This document shows, one piece after another, positions 1 through 10,739 of a stretch of 39,292 bases of DNA. The position numbers and the translations under genes were made by a program. Every line of letters begins with the position of its first letter. The first letter of the stretch is position 1. This DNA comes from Octopus bimaculoides. Its lineage: Eukaryota. The notes beneath the pieces are model-generated. The model had not been told where the DNA came from and made no database searches. It saw only the letters and a list, made by a program, of their open reading frames with translations. The stretch is from contig NC_068995.1 of the NCBI RefSeq assembly GCF_001194135.2, positions 29,710,796-29,750,087 of the forward strand. The letters run 5' to 3'.

Positions 1-257
1 CAAATATTTCCAGACGGTCAACCCTTTAATAATTGCTTTCTTTTAGTACTTTTAGTAATTGTTACATACCTAATTAATAAGCAGCTTCCTCCATTATAGT
101 ATAGAGATATACATATGTATACATATATATATATAAATATATAAACATATTGTTGTATTTGGGGATGGTCATGTTGCCAGTTTAGCCAATAAAAACACAT
201 GCACCTATATATTTGGTGTTAATTTGCTTCAGCTTTATTTTACATTAATGGTATTTC

Positions 258-302
258 GGCCAGAGTTCTTTCGTCACACTTTTGTGACCTCATCAGTGGT
301 CC
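258..302 (-). ncRNA. Minimal type-I hammerhead ribozyme motif (HHR1)
   Basis: Minus strand reads GGACCA-CUGAUGA-G-GUCACA(AAAG)UGUGAC-GAAA-G(AA)C-UC-UGGCC: intact core, 6-bp stem II, 2-bp stem III, CUC cleavage triplet, partly paired stem I. Confidence 0.75.
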
Positions 303-686
303 TTTGCTTTCTTCTTTCTTATTTGTGTGTCTTTCCTTACTAACAATCAGCCATTTTGTATTCCTATAGTATGTGTCTTTATTTGCGCATGCGTATACCC
401 CTATGTGTGTCTATGTTTAGGAAGTGCATGTGTGTGGGGGGGAGTGTCTGTATTATCTGTATCCCCTGTTTATACACGTTCATTTAATTTTGTTTTTATT
501 TATTTGTTCATGTGTTTATACCTACTTATTATTTATTCTATTCTTTTCTTTTTTTTTTGTATTTAATTTAATTTAATTTTGTTAACGTATATAGTTATTT
601 AATTCCATTTGTTTATGTGTATTGTATTATATTTTGTTCATATTGTTATCAGTTTATGGGGATCTTATTCTGTCATATGCTGTGGT

Positions 687-1300
687 TTATTGGGGATGTG
701 TGCTAGTGTTCCGTTCCGGTTTCCTATTCAGGCTAGGTTTATCTTCTATTATGTGTGTAGCTTCTGTAATTTGTCTAAGCGTTGCGTCTGTTCTATGTAT
801 GGACAAGATTTTAACTTCTATGTTGTTGAGTGAGCCCCTGTGTTCCTGCTCGGCATGCTGGTACAGAACCGATGAGCTCTTCTCTTCCTTAAGTTCCCTC
901 CAATGTTTCATTCACCCGCTCTCCTATGCTCCGTGCCGTTTCCCCTATGTACATCATTGTCTTGTTACTGCATCGTCTCTCTGTACATCTTATACTATAG
1001 ACTACATTTCTGGCTTTGCAGTTTGTTTGTGGGCTAAATCTACATACAGTACAGTTCCTATCAGTACAGGGGGTTCTACTGAAAGGGTAGGTTCTACTGA
1101 TTAGGTATTTGATAGGGTTGCCTGGTCTTTCAACAACCTTAATTCTTAGCTTAAGTTTGTCTAGGGCCCTTCTAAAGTGGTATGCCAGTTTGCCTCTAGG
1201 GGTGGTATCGACGAACATGACACTCTGATATTTGTGGCTATCATACCATGAGTTGGCCTTCCCTATTTTCTTCTTAGTCCTTTCAATAGTGTTCCGTGAC
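687..1300 (-). pseudogene. PLE GIY-YIG endonuclease domain, frameshifted
   Basis: SWY..SVMFVDTTPRGKL, Cys-rich C..C..C..C linker, NVVYSIRC...YIGETARSIGERVNE/HWREL...RQITEATHI..KPSLN. A 1-nt insertion near 905 joins ORFs 889-1218 and 687-911. No RT upstream. Confidence 0.9.
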
Positions 1301-4059
1301 GTTAATATTTTTAGTGAGTTTAAGGATTTGATATTTTAATGACACTATAATTTTTATAAAATTAATAATATAAATATTTTTATTAATTAATTTAATTTTA
1401 GTATTTTAGCTTATTTCATATATATTATTTAATTTATGTATCTTAGTTTTATTCTTTAGAATCTATAATTACTTAGATTTTAATGTTCAATAAAATGTTT
1501 ACAATATAGTTAATTGTTTTATTATGATTTAAGTTATATAAAGTTTAATTTTTCATTCATGATTTTATAAATACAACTTTCATTCATGTTTTTATGTCTC
1601 TTTATTCTATTCTTTTTCTTTACGCAATATCTTCACGCGACTTCTTTCTAATAAACACTTTAGTTCTGAGTTTAACGTCTAAAATTTCTAGTTTAAACTA
1701 TAGCATTGTTGAGATAAGTATTGCTTTTATCTTTATTAATATTGTTAAATGATTTTCTATCATTGTTTGGAAAAATATGTATTTTTATATTAATTCAATT
1801 GATATTTAACGTTAGCCGATACCTTATTTAACACTAAGTTAATAGTATTAAGTTTATCATCATAGTTTAAACCAAAACTTCGATTAGATTAGGGTTGAAT
1901 TTTTTCCAATAATACTGTTTAATATTTCTTTTTGATTTATGAGATAAATAAGTTTTTTTTTTATATAATTTCTTTGATTATTAGTTTATATTCTAATTAA
2001 GGTTAAGTCAATAGTACAACATTTATAATTTTATTTAAACTAAAGATTCGATTAGATAAATTTTGTATTTCTTTTCAATANNNNNNNNNNNNNNNNNNNN
2101 NNNNNNNNNNNNNNNNNNNNNNNNNNNNNNNNNNNNNNNNNNNNNNNNNNNNNNNNNNNNNNNNNNNNNNNNNNNNNNNNNNNNNNNNNNNNNNNNNNNN
2201 NNNNNNNNNNNNNNNNNNNNNNNNNNNNNNNNNNNNNNNNNNNNNNNNNNNNNNNNNNNNNNNNNNNNNNNNNNNNNNNNNNNNNNNNNNNNNNNNNNNN
2301 NNNNNNNNNNNNNNNNNNNNNNNNNNNNNNNNNNNNNNNNNNNNNNNNNNNNNNNNNNNNNNNNNNNNNNNNNNNNNNNNNNNNNNNNNNNNNNNNNNNN
2401 NNNNNNNNNNNNNNNNNNNNNNNNNNNNNNNNNNNNNNNNNNNNNNNNNNNNNNNNNNNNNNNNNNNNNNNNNNNNNNNNNNNNNNNNNNNNNNNNNNNN
2501 NNNNNNNNNNNNNNNNNNNNNNNNNNNNNNNNNNNNNNNNNNNNNNNNNNNNNNNNNNNNNNNNNNNNNNNNNNNNNNNNNNNNNNNNNNNNNNNNNNNN
2601 NNNNNNNNNNNNNNNNNNNNNNNNNNNNNNNNNNNNNNNNNNNNNNNNNNNNNNNNNNNNNNNNNNNNNNNNNNNNNNNNNNNNNNNNNNNNNNNNNNNN
2701 NNNNNNNNNNNNNNNNNNNNNNNNNNNNNNNNNNNNNNNNNNNNNNNNNNNNNNNNNNNNNNNNNNNNNNNNNNNNNNNNNNNNNNNNNNNNNNNNNNNN
2801 NNNNNNNNNNNNNNNNNNNNNNNNNNNNNNNNNNNNNNNNNNNNNNNNNNNNNNNNNNNNNNNNNNNNNNNNNNNNNNNNNTATATATATATATACATAT
2901 ATATATACATATATACAAATATAACATCCTACGTATATTTCTATTTTTATTTTTATTCTCTTATTTCCCTTTATACTTCTTGTTCATGAGTCTGTCCACT
3001 TGAGGCTGCCTAGAGTCTAAACCTTAATATATACACAAAGTCATACACATTTCATGTTGCAGTTACCTCTTCACATCATTACCCAGAAACAGTTGCATCA
3101 GTATGCCACTCTATATAAACCTCCTGACCCTAAACCAACAGACTAAAACATAGTTCCTACTAAATCCAAATCCTCCCTTCTTACCAGAAACACCAACTAT
3201 TACACAAAAAATAATAATCATACCACTACTGAGAATTGTTGTGTTTAAGCCAGTAGGATGAATGTACCACATATAATTACCTACATTATGTCAAAATGTG
3301 TAATATGGACCTCAGCTAATCAGAAGTATGATATATCTTGCACTATAGATCTGTAGATTGTACCTAGTCATTTAGCTAACCTCTGTCAAAGTTGATCTGG
3401 AACCATCTATATCACAAATAACATTCACAATATACACAGAAAACAAAGTCATGAAGTTAAGAATGCAAAGACACACTAAGAATACTCACAGGCCCACATT
3501 TGATCAAAGCAATGAAAGCAATATCACAGGCTGAAAATCCTGCCTGAATCTCCAACTGGAAGATTCATAATTTGTTGTTACAACACCCTCTAAACTTCAG
3601 TCCCTAATACTACATACACAATAACTTCCAAATAGCCATCTTCAATTTAATGTTGACTTCTTCCAAATCTTACTCGGTTTCTTCGTGTCTAGAGATGGAT
3701 AAAATAATTGTTTTCCTGAGGCCATGTTTAATCTTCAATTGTGTACTTTCTTCTTTCTGTTACCTCTGCTGTCTTTTACTTTCCAGATCCTGCACTAAAT
3801 ATTTCAATCCAACTCTTTCTTTCTTCCAAGAATGGCAAGTATCTGCAAAACTCCTCCTTGTTAGCAATAATCTACATTTGTTCTGTTTAAACTGAGCACC
3901 AGCTGCATTGTTCTCATCTGTCTAGGTGAAAACTGCATAGGTCACTGCCTTCCTCCTTTAATTAATATATTAGAGAGGAAGAAATAAAATTTGCATCTAT
4001 TTAATCCCTCAATATTACTATCATGATCCTAAAATCAACAATCCTTCCACACAATATAG

Positions 4060-5870
4060 ACAGCATAAAAAACATATGCACACAAAAACAGCAACAGTAT
4101 CGATAACAAGATTAACCCAAAATATTGGGCTGAGATGAGTTCAACTGATCAGTAATTTAATTATCAGTAACAGCTTAACATGGATGTCTTGTTAGAACAC
4201 CAAATATTGTGTTATTAATCCGAAGAGATGTTCTCATATAAGTGCTTGCTACACACATACATTATAGCAGGTGAGGATTGTCTTTTATGGACTCCTGAAG
4301 TCCCATATCACATGGTTTCAGTTTATGGGACCTCTTCAGAGGGAGGTGTCTGGTGACTGCATACCAATCAAATTTGCCACGGCATGTAGAATATCAGCAT
4401 GTTTTCAAACGCTGATGTCACAAATAGCCAGAAGACTTATTAAAAATTAATTATTAGTGACAGAAACAATATTAGCACCAAAACGTAAGGTCTAAACAAA
4501 CCAGTAGACACATCACACCAGATAGAACATGAATAGAATTGTAGTAATCTACCAAAGGTCCAAAGAATGTGAATCCGATGACAATTCGGTATCTTGTTGA
4601 TTTGAAGCTAACTGTTATAGATCGATTGAGTCCATGGTATGCAGAGCATTGATGTGCATGTGGGATAAGGCACCAGCTGCAGAATTGCTTGCACCTTTAA
4701 CATATTGTATGCTCAAAGCATACTAGGAGATGAAGTCAAGATGTAATAAATCTCTTGGAGAATATTTGTCAGACTTCAATTTCAAGGCAAAAGTTAAAGG
4801 ATTATGGTAAGTAAACACTGTAAACTGCTGTCCTTCAAGAGAGTGTCAAAAATGTTTAATGGTTAGGTAGACAGCGAAAAGTTCCTTGCTGAAAGCATTA
4901 CATCAAGTCTCGGCAGATTTAAGGCATCGAGAAAAGAAGGAAATAAGTTGCCAGGCACTTGAAACGAATTGTTGAAGAACTCTACGAACTCCAACATTGG
5001 ATGCATCAACTATTAATGAGAGCGGTGCATCAAAAGCATGGGGTGACAATAGAGTTACTCTGGATAATTTTTCTTTGATATTTTCAAATGCTTGCAGGTG
5101 AGAAGAATTTAGCTATATAGCTTCACTTTTCTTTTTACGGTTTCATAAAAGTTCGGTCAGAGGACAGACAGTCTCTGTACAATGAGGAATGAATCTACTG
5201 TAAAAATTAATCAGTCCAAGAAATTCTCGCAGTTTTCATAAGGAATGAGGAGTAGGAAAATTACAAATAGCTTCCACTTTAGATGGCAAAATACGTATGC
5301 CATCTTTATCAATAGTATGTCCAAGAAAAGTAAGGGAAGAAACACAAAAGACATTTACTGAGATTGATGTCAAAGTTGTATTGCAACAGACATGTAAAAA
5401 GCTGTTGCAGATGTTCCAAATATTCTTCTTTTGTAGAACTAGCTATCAATATATTATCAGTATAGGTGAAAACGAAATTCAAACCACAAGTGACTTCATC
5501 CATAAATTGTTGAAAGGCGCTAATGGCGTTATGTAACCCCAAAAACATTCAAATAAATTCAAATAACCCAAAAGGAGTAGTGGTAACAGTTTTAGGAATG
5601 TCCATGAGCTTGATCGGAATTTGTTTATAGGCACATGCCAAATCGAATTTTGAGAAAATCATGCAACTGTGTGAAGAGGCAGAAAAATAGTACACGTTGG
5701 GGATCGGATAATGGTCTGGCACTGTAAATGGCATTCAAACCTCTGTAATCACTGCACAGACACCAGTCTCCTGATGATTTAAATATGAGATGTAATGGAG
5801 AAGATTGATTGCAGCTGAAAGGACGAATTATACCAAGGTCTAGCATATGACAAAATTCTTCCTTGCTTCT
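4060..5870 (-). mobile_element. Degenerate Ty3/Gypsy pol relic (RT, RNase H, probable integrase start)
   Basis: MLDLGIIRP..SPLH..DYRGLN, PDHYPIP..FSKFDL..AY.QIP..TPFGLFEF, FQQFMDEV..YTDNILIAS, then RNase H-like DASNVGV..LQQ..ISFFS..ELFAVY. Many stops and frameshifts. Confidence 0.85.
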
Positions 5871-6670
5871 TTAAATATAGTTTATAGTTTCAGAAATTTT
5901 ATATGAATGGAGTACCTTGAAAAAGGTGTAATTCATAATTTCGCCACACACAATTATGAATAATAAAGCAAGGTATGTTTAATATTTCATGCACAACACA
6001 GCGTGAATCAGAAGTAGTGAACTAACTATTAATTATATAGTTCCACAGTTTACTCTCATGGCTAAGGTTGTCTTGGATTTAAATTCATTTCAGTGTCTTT
6101 TGTTGTTTACTTTAACACAAAGTGAACTAGTAATGTTTTTATTTGATCTCCAAAGTACCACAAAGTTAGAAAGATTCAGAACCACTGCCCTAGAAATTTG
6201 ACAAAATAAAACACGCTGGATAATAAAGTCCTAGAAAGAAAGAGTGGTCACATTTGGAATGCTTTTAATCATAGATCTGCTTGATCAGGCTTGTGCTAGA
6301 GGAAAACAAGGGCCTCTGGAACTTATTTTATGTTTTGTCTTGTCTTATTTTTATAGAAGTGGCATTCATCAATAATAATGTGGATCTTTCACTCGAATGA
6401 TACATCTGAATTTAACAACAAATAAAATTTCTTGATATTTGATTTTTCTGCTTCTAGTATTTGTTGTAAACAGTCAACAAATACAAGAGGCAGCAAAATC
6501 CAACGACAGGGAGATAACTCTTTTGTATATAAAGGGAGCTAACTTAGTCCAACACCTATCACTAAAATACCTCTGAAATTTTCATCGGCCTGAATTATTC
6601 GAAATAAAACACATGTGTTTGTATGTATTTGTTTTGCAAGATTCTTCATGTGAAATCGTATGTTGGAACA

Positions 6671-6968
6671 CATATTGTTATATTGGTGATAGTCATCTTT
6701 GCCAATTAAACATACGCACTATTTATCTTCACTTCAGCTTTACATTTGTTATTTTAGTTTTTTTTCTCAAAACTCTTCCAAATGCAATAAGCAGAACAAG
6801 AAAAAACACGTGGGATAAAGAGTCGTTGAAGAGGTCACAGAATATGTGACGAAAGAGATTTGACCCAAAGAAACTAAAATGATAATAATAATAAACCTGA
6901 AGTGAAGACCAAATAGATAGTGCATGTGTTGAATTGGCAAAATATGACCATCCCAAGTATAACAATAT
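6671..6968 (+). mobile_element. Solo PLE pseudo-LTR relic with inverted partial duplication
   Basis: 6820-6968 is homologous to the minus strand of 130-300. 6671-6745 is an imperfect inverted copy of 6891-6968. Confidence 0.7.
6820..6866 (+). ncRNA. Degenerate hammerhead motif (HHR2), homolog of HHR1
   Basis: GAGUCG-UUGAAGA-G-GUCACA(GAAUA)UGUGAC-GAAA-GAGA-UU-UGACCC. Same stem II as HHR1, C3>U core change, stem III mismatch. Confidence 0.6.
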
Positions 6969-6970
6969 CC

Positions 6971-7337
6971 TTTACTTGTTTCATTTGCCTTGCTGGGGCA
7001 CAGCCTTGAAGGGTTTTAGTCAAACGAATCGACCCTAGGACTTATTCTATCAGTCTTTTATGCTGAACTACCAAGTTATGGGGACATAAACACACACCAC
7101 CACCAGCTGTCAAGTGGTGGTGGGGGACAAAGACACACACAAACATATATATATGTGTGTGTGTGTGCGTGCATATACATATATATATATATATACACAC
7201 ACACACGACAGGATTATTTCAGTTTCCATCCACCAAATCCACTCACAAGACTTTGGTCAGCTGGAGACTATAATAAAAGACACTTGCCCAAGGTGCCACT
7301 CAGTGGGACTGAATCCACAACCATGTGGTTGAGAAGT
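6971..7337 (-). mobile_element. tRNA-derived SINE, family A (internal CA/TA microsatellite)
   Basis: Matches the copies at 23157-23552 and 35606-35999 (gacacttgcccaagg, acttattct, tttacttgtttca motifs). Confidence 0.85.
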
Positions 7338-7786
7338 AAGCTAGAATTTAAGTATTGAGATTTGAGGAAAAGCTGATCATGATACCAATCAATCCAGTTT
7401 CATTACAATTAGTCCTGGGTATGACTTTAAACTACATCCAGTAGTGGGGCCCTGCTTCAGAACTTCCAGGATTTTGAGGAGTGTAGATCCATCCCTTAAT
7501 CACTGTTGTTCCCAGGTCTATTATGACCCAGAGTTGTAACACCTGTCAAGGTCCCTGCTATGGGTTAAATAGCATGTAGCCACCTGAGCCAGGGTACATT
7601 AAAGTAAATTATGGGATGCAGCATGGTGGGATGAACAGACAACTGTCAACGGCCAGGATCAACTAATTTAGTCAGCAAAGTACAACTATCAACTGTAGTC
7701 ATGGAATGTGCAGATGAGATATTCCTGTCAGGCAAGTTGTCTGATTCAGATTCAGACAATTAGAATAAATCGTCCTCTCTAGTTAG

Positions 7787-7898
7787 TTTGTGTGTGTGGG
7801 TGTGTGGGGGTGTGTGTGTGGGTGGGTGGGTGTGTGTGTGTGGGTGTGTGTGTGTATGGGTGGGTGTGTGCGTGCGTGCGTGCATGCATGCGTGCGTG
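7787..7898. repeat. Compound (GT)/(GGGT)/(GCGT) microsatellite
   Basis: Directly visible. Confidence 0.95.
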
Positions 7899-8667
7899 AA
7901 ATTAACCTTATAATAAAAATATAGATTTGATATTTAGTGCATGAAGAAGTTGCTTAACACTCAATTAAAAAAATATCAATAAATATAACAACGATCATCA
8001 ATAATAGAAAAGCAAAGTTGACATTTCAACTTTATCTTTATTTTTGTAAGAGTAGAAAAACAAAAACAGTAATTATAGAGAAGCAGAAACGACAAAGAAA
8101 ACAATGAAGGCAAGAACAATAATGGAAGTACTGGACAAAAAGTTAGGGAATCAGCATTGTGCCAATAAACGAGACACTTGGCACTTGTCAAGTGAGTTCG
8201 TCTGTTTCTAATAAGATGTTGGTGTTATCATTGTTGTTGTTGATAACTGATTGAGTAGGCCTTTAATCAAAAGCTTTCTGGCCATATCCATCCTGCATTG
8301 TTTTCAAAAATAGTGTATTTTAGGATTAGATAGTTCAGTATACTTTTCTTTCCTTTAAAATGCTAGGGTGTAATTTGTGGGAGACGAAATGTTTTCTAAT
8401 GACATTGAGAGTAAGAGAGAGAGATGGTTTGACAGTGAAGAATAATAGAGGTGTAGAGGTAATATGGAGAATTATGTCTGGTAGCAGGATCAGACATCTG
8501 CAGAAGGCTCATCATAGACATAACAGATACCAGTCTCAGAGATAACTCCATCTCACCCAAGGCTTTGCCAATAAAGTTTCAATGAGGAATTTTTTTGTTT
8601 GTTTTTGACAAAATTAACTGACCATGACGTTTTCTTCCCTTCAGTTGTAGAGAGGTTATGTGCCTCC

Positions 8668-8742
8668 GGTCATTTGAGTCTGATGAGTCACCTATTCAGC
8701 CAAGCACTTTATAGGTGTGAAACCAATGGTCACTCTATGACC
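8668..8742 (+). ncRNA. Type-I hammerhead ribozyme motif (HHR3) with canonical GUC site
   Basis: GGUCAU-UU-GAGU-CUGAUGA-GU-CACCUAU(15 nt)AUAGGUG-U-GAAA-CC(AAU)GG-UC-ACUC-U-AUGACC. Stem I 4+6 bp, stem II 7 bp, stem III 3 bp. Confidence 0.8.
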
Positions 8743-8874
8743 AGCCTTAACAAACAACCTCTTAAATATATTATATATCTAATATATATTCTGCTGTGGT
8801 GGACAGATCTTCTTGAGTACAGCAAGGTGTCAAATATCCTTTGTCAGATTTCAGTCTTTGATATATGTGAGTGT

Positions 8875-8878
<4 letters not shown>

Positions 8879-8957
<79 letters not shown>
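8879..8957. repeat. (AT)n microsatellite
   Basis: Pure AT dinucleotide run. Confidence 0.98.
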
Positions 8958-8961
<4 letters not shown>

Positions 8962-9114
8962 CAGCAACTTATGTATCACAATTAAAGCCAATACATCATA
9001 GAAAGCCTAATTGACAGCAGTATTCATCTTGAGATAGCATCTCTTGTAGATACACATTGTTAAAAACAAAAATATATCAACCCAAACAGAAATTGGCCAG
9101 CAGCTGTGGTGGCA

Positions 9115-9159
9115 TTGCTAAATGCGCATTTCTGCCTCTTTGGGTTTCATCAGTTGCAA
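9115..9159 (-). ncRNA. Decayed minimal hammerhead motif (HHR4) with palindromic stem III
   Basis: UUGCAA-CUGAUGA-AACCCAAAGAGGCA-GAAA-UGCGCA-UU-UAGCAA. AUGCGCAU palindrome, stem I 5/6 paired, stem II eroded. Confidence 0.6.
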
Positions 9160-9470
9160 GTATCCACTGACAAATGCATGCTAAGACAATCTGCCATTAC
9201 CAGTATAGTATAAGTGATCGAAAAATCATTTACAATTAGCTAACTGGATTAAAATTTTCGTGTGTGTGTGCTTGTATACACTCACTTATAGTCATACAAT
9301 AATGTACAGAATATAGACTTTAATTTCATATCCCCAGTAGTATTTCCTCCCAGAAGCCTAATGCATCGTTGTACTGAAGTTTTACCTAGCTCAACTTCAA
9401 CTGAAATGACCTTCTTTATTTTGTAATTCGTGTTTGTGTTGAGCATGTTTAAAAACCTGATCTTCAATAT
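9160..9470 (-). pseudogene. Possible PLE GIY-YIG C-terminal relic upstream of HHR4
   Basis: Frameshifted DQVFKHAQHKHELQNKEGHF/SVEVELGKTS..IRLL..MKLK resembles the H...H...(I/V)L...R..E..KP.LN tail seen at 687-911. Placement 5' of a hammerhead fits PLE layout. Weak similarity. Confidence 0.4.
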
Positions 9471-9769
9471 AAACTTAAGGAAGTTTTTTCAGAAATTGTA
9501 TCATTTAGCTATTGTTTCTAGCATGCCCCACCCCACTTTTTTCCAAAAATTTCCCATGTTTTTGGTATAGATTAGGATTCTGCCCAGAAAACACATTTTC
9601 AAAATTAGAAGTGGGGCTGGGGGTATATATATATATTTTAAAATTGAAATTATACAAATAATTTTTTTTCAGAATCGGATTCTCCATAGCTGAAAACGTG
9701 GGATTCCGTAAAAGAAAAATATCAATATAATAATAATAATGAAATTATTGTAAACAGTGCTCAGGTGCA

Positions 9770-9890
9770 CTACAACATATATATCTATTTTTCTGAAAGT
9801 TATGAGGGAAAAATCGGATCTTATGAATTTTCCGAATGTCCTCCCTCAGGTTCGTTTGCGCAAAATTTTTTTTCTTATTCGTTTTCTAGT
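9770..9890. mobile_element. Remnant related to the long TIR of the 12308-14093 element
   Basis: ctgaaagttatgagggaaaaatc..gaattttc..gtcctc..gcaaaattttt..tattcgttttc matches about 13900-14005. Confidence 0.6.
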
Positions 9891-10407
9891 TGTTAACACT
9901 CAGCAGGCTGTTCCTTTTTTTCTTTTATTCGTTAACGGGTGAGGATCTTTATATTGACCTAGAAAACTTGCATGCTTAATATGCTCGTCCACTAATTCTC
10001 TGAATCGAATAAATAAATCTATTTTTAAGAAAACATACAACACACACACACACACACAGAGGCCACAGATGAGATTCAGAGACTGTAAGTATAGAAGATA
10101 CTTAGTAGTGCTCAAAAGATTCGAACTTAGACGCCGGTACCTTCACCGGGGATTGATTTCGCAAGGTAAAGAATGATTGGAAGAGCGATTATTAAGTTGA
10201 GCGGATATAGAGGCAATCATGCAGATAAACAAATCTAGCACAAATCCGAAAAAAAAAATGTTTTTTAATTTTTAATTCCAAAAATAGGTGATGAAAATTA
10301 ATAACTTAACTTTTCAATTGTTAAAATAATATTTTTTTCACCACTGCCTTCCTATTTTCTCCGTGGTAGTTGTCTGCAGACTGCAGAACTGCTAAAACAC
10401 TAGTTAA

Positions 10408-10512
10408 ATGGCTAAGCCGATGCTAAATTCGACACCGAAATTAAAGGATTATATATTTGCCGAAAAACTTGGCAGTGGGAGTTATGCAACTGTATATAAA
10501 TCATGTAGAAAG
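10408..10512 (+). CDS. ULK3: ULK3 kinase, coding exon 1 (MAKPMLNSTPKLKDYIFAEKLGSGSYATVYKSCRK)
   Basis: ATG at 10408, Gly-rich loop GSGSYATV, donor AAG|gtaagt, phase 0. Splices in frame to 34648. Confidence 0.92.
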
Positions 10513-10739
10513 GTAAGTGTAACCGAAAATAAAAATAATTGAACTATATTGTTAATTTGAGGGTATTTTTATTGTTTTTCTTTATTTAAGATACGAAGAA
10601 AACAACATGTCCCGATTCGTCATTTATCGTCTGCTTTTAACAGCAAACAACACACCTTGACACTTTCGAGGATGGGAACATATCTTTATTTCTAATTTAG
10701 GAACAAGGTCCTAAATTTTTACTAAAAGTATAGTCGATA

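Larger units (their letters stand above)
130..1300 (-). mobile_element. 5'-truncated Penelope-like retroelement (GIY-YIG end plus pseudo-LTR with hammerhead)
   Basis: GIY-YIG coding remnant at 687-1300 followed by a non-coding tail with a hammerhead motif. The 130-300 segment is homologous to 6820-6968. Confidence 0.85.

Noticed and set aside
2035-2989. Long ORFs spanning N-runs (also at 12955-13788, 18328-19030, 23260-24710, 26043-26667, 27245-27567, 29342-29941)
   Set aside because: Open only because of gap Ns. Only the RTE-derived parts outside the gaps are meaningful.
4300-4345. CUGAAGA...GAAA on the minus strand
   Set aside because: No convincing stems I-III or NUH site; lies inside the Gypsy pol relic.
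6729-6965. Hydrophobic 78-aa minus-strand ORF resembling a membrane-protein exon
   Set aside because: It is the antisense of the PLE pseudo-LTR/hammerhead repeat.
9286-9400. Exon-like segment (cag|..|gtgagt) of a putative gene divergent from ULK3
   Set aside because: Weak acceptor, no recognisable host protein, no phase-compatible neighbours. Better explained as a GIY-YIG tail upstream of HHR4, though not excluded.
10143-10220. 25-codon minus-strand ORF head-to-head with ULK3
   Set aside because: Short, ends in TGA before the candidate donor, no homology evident.
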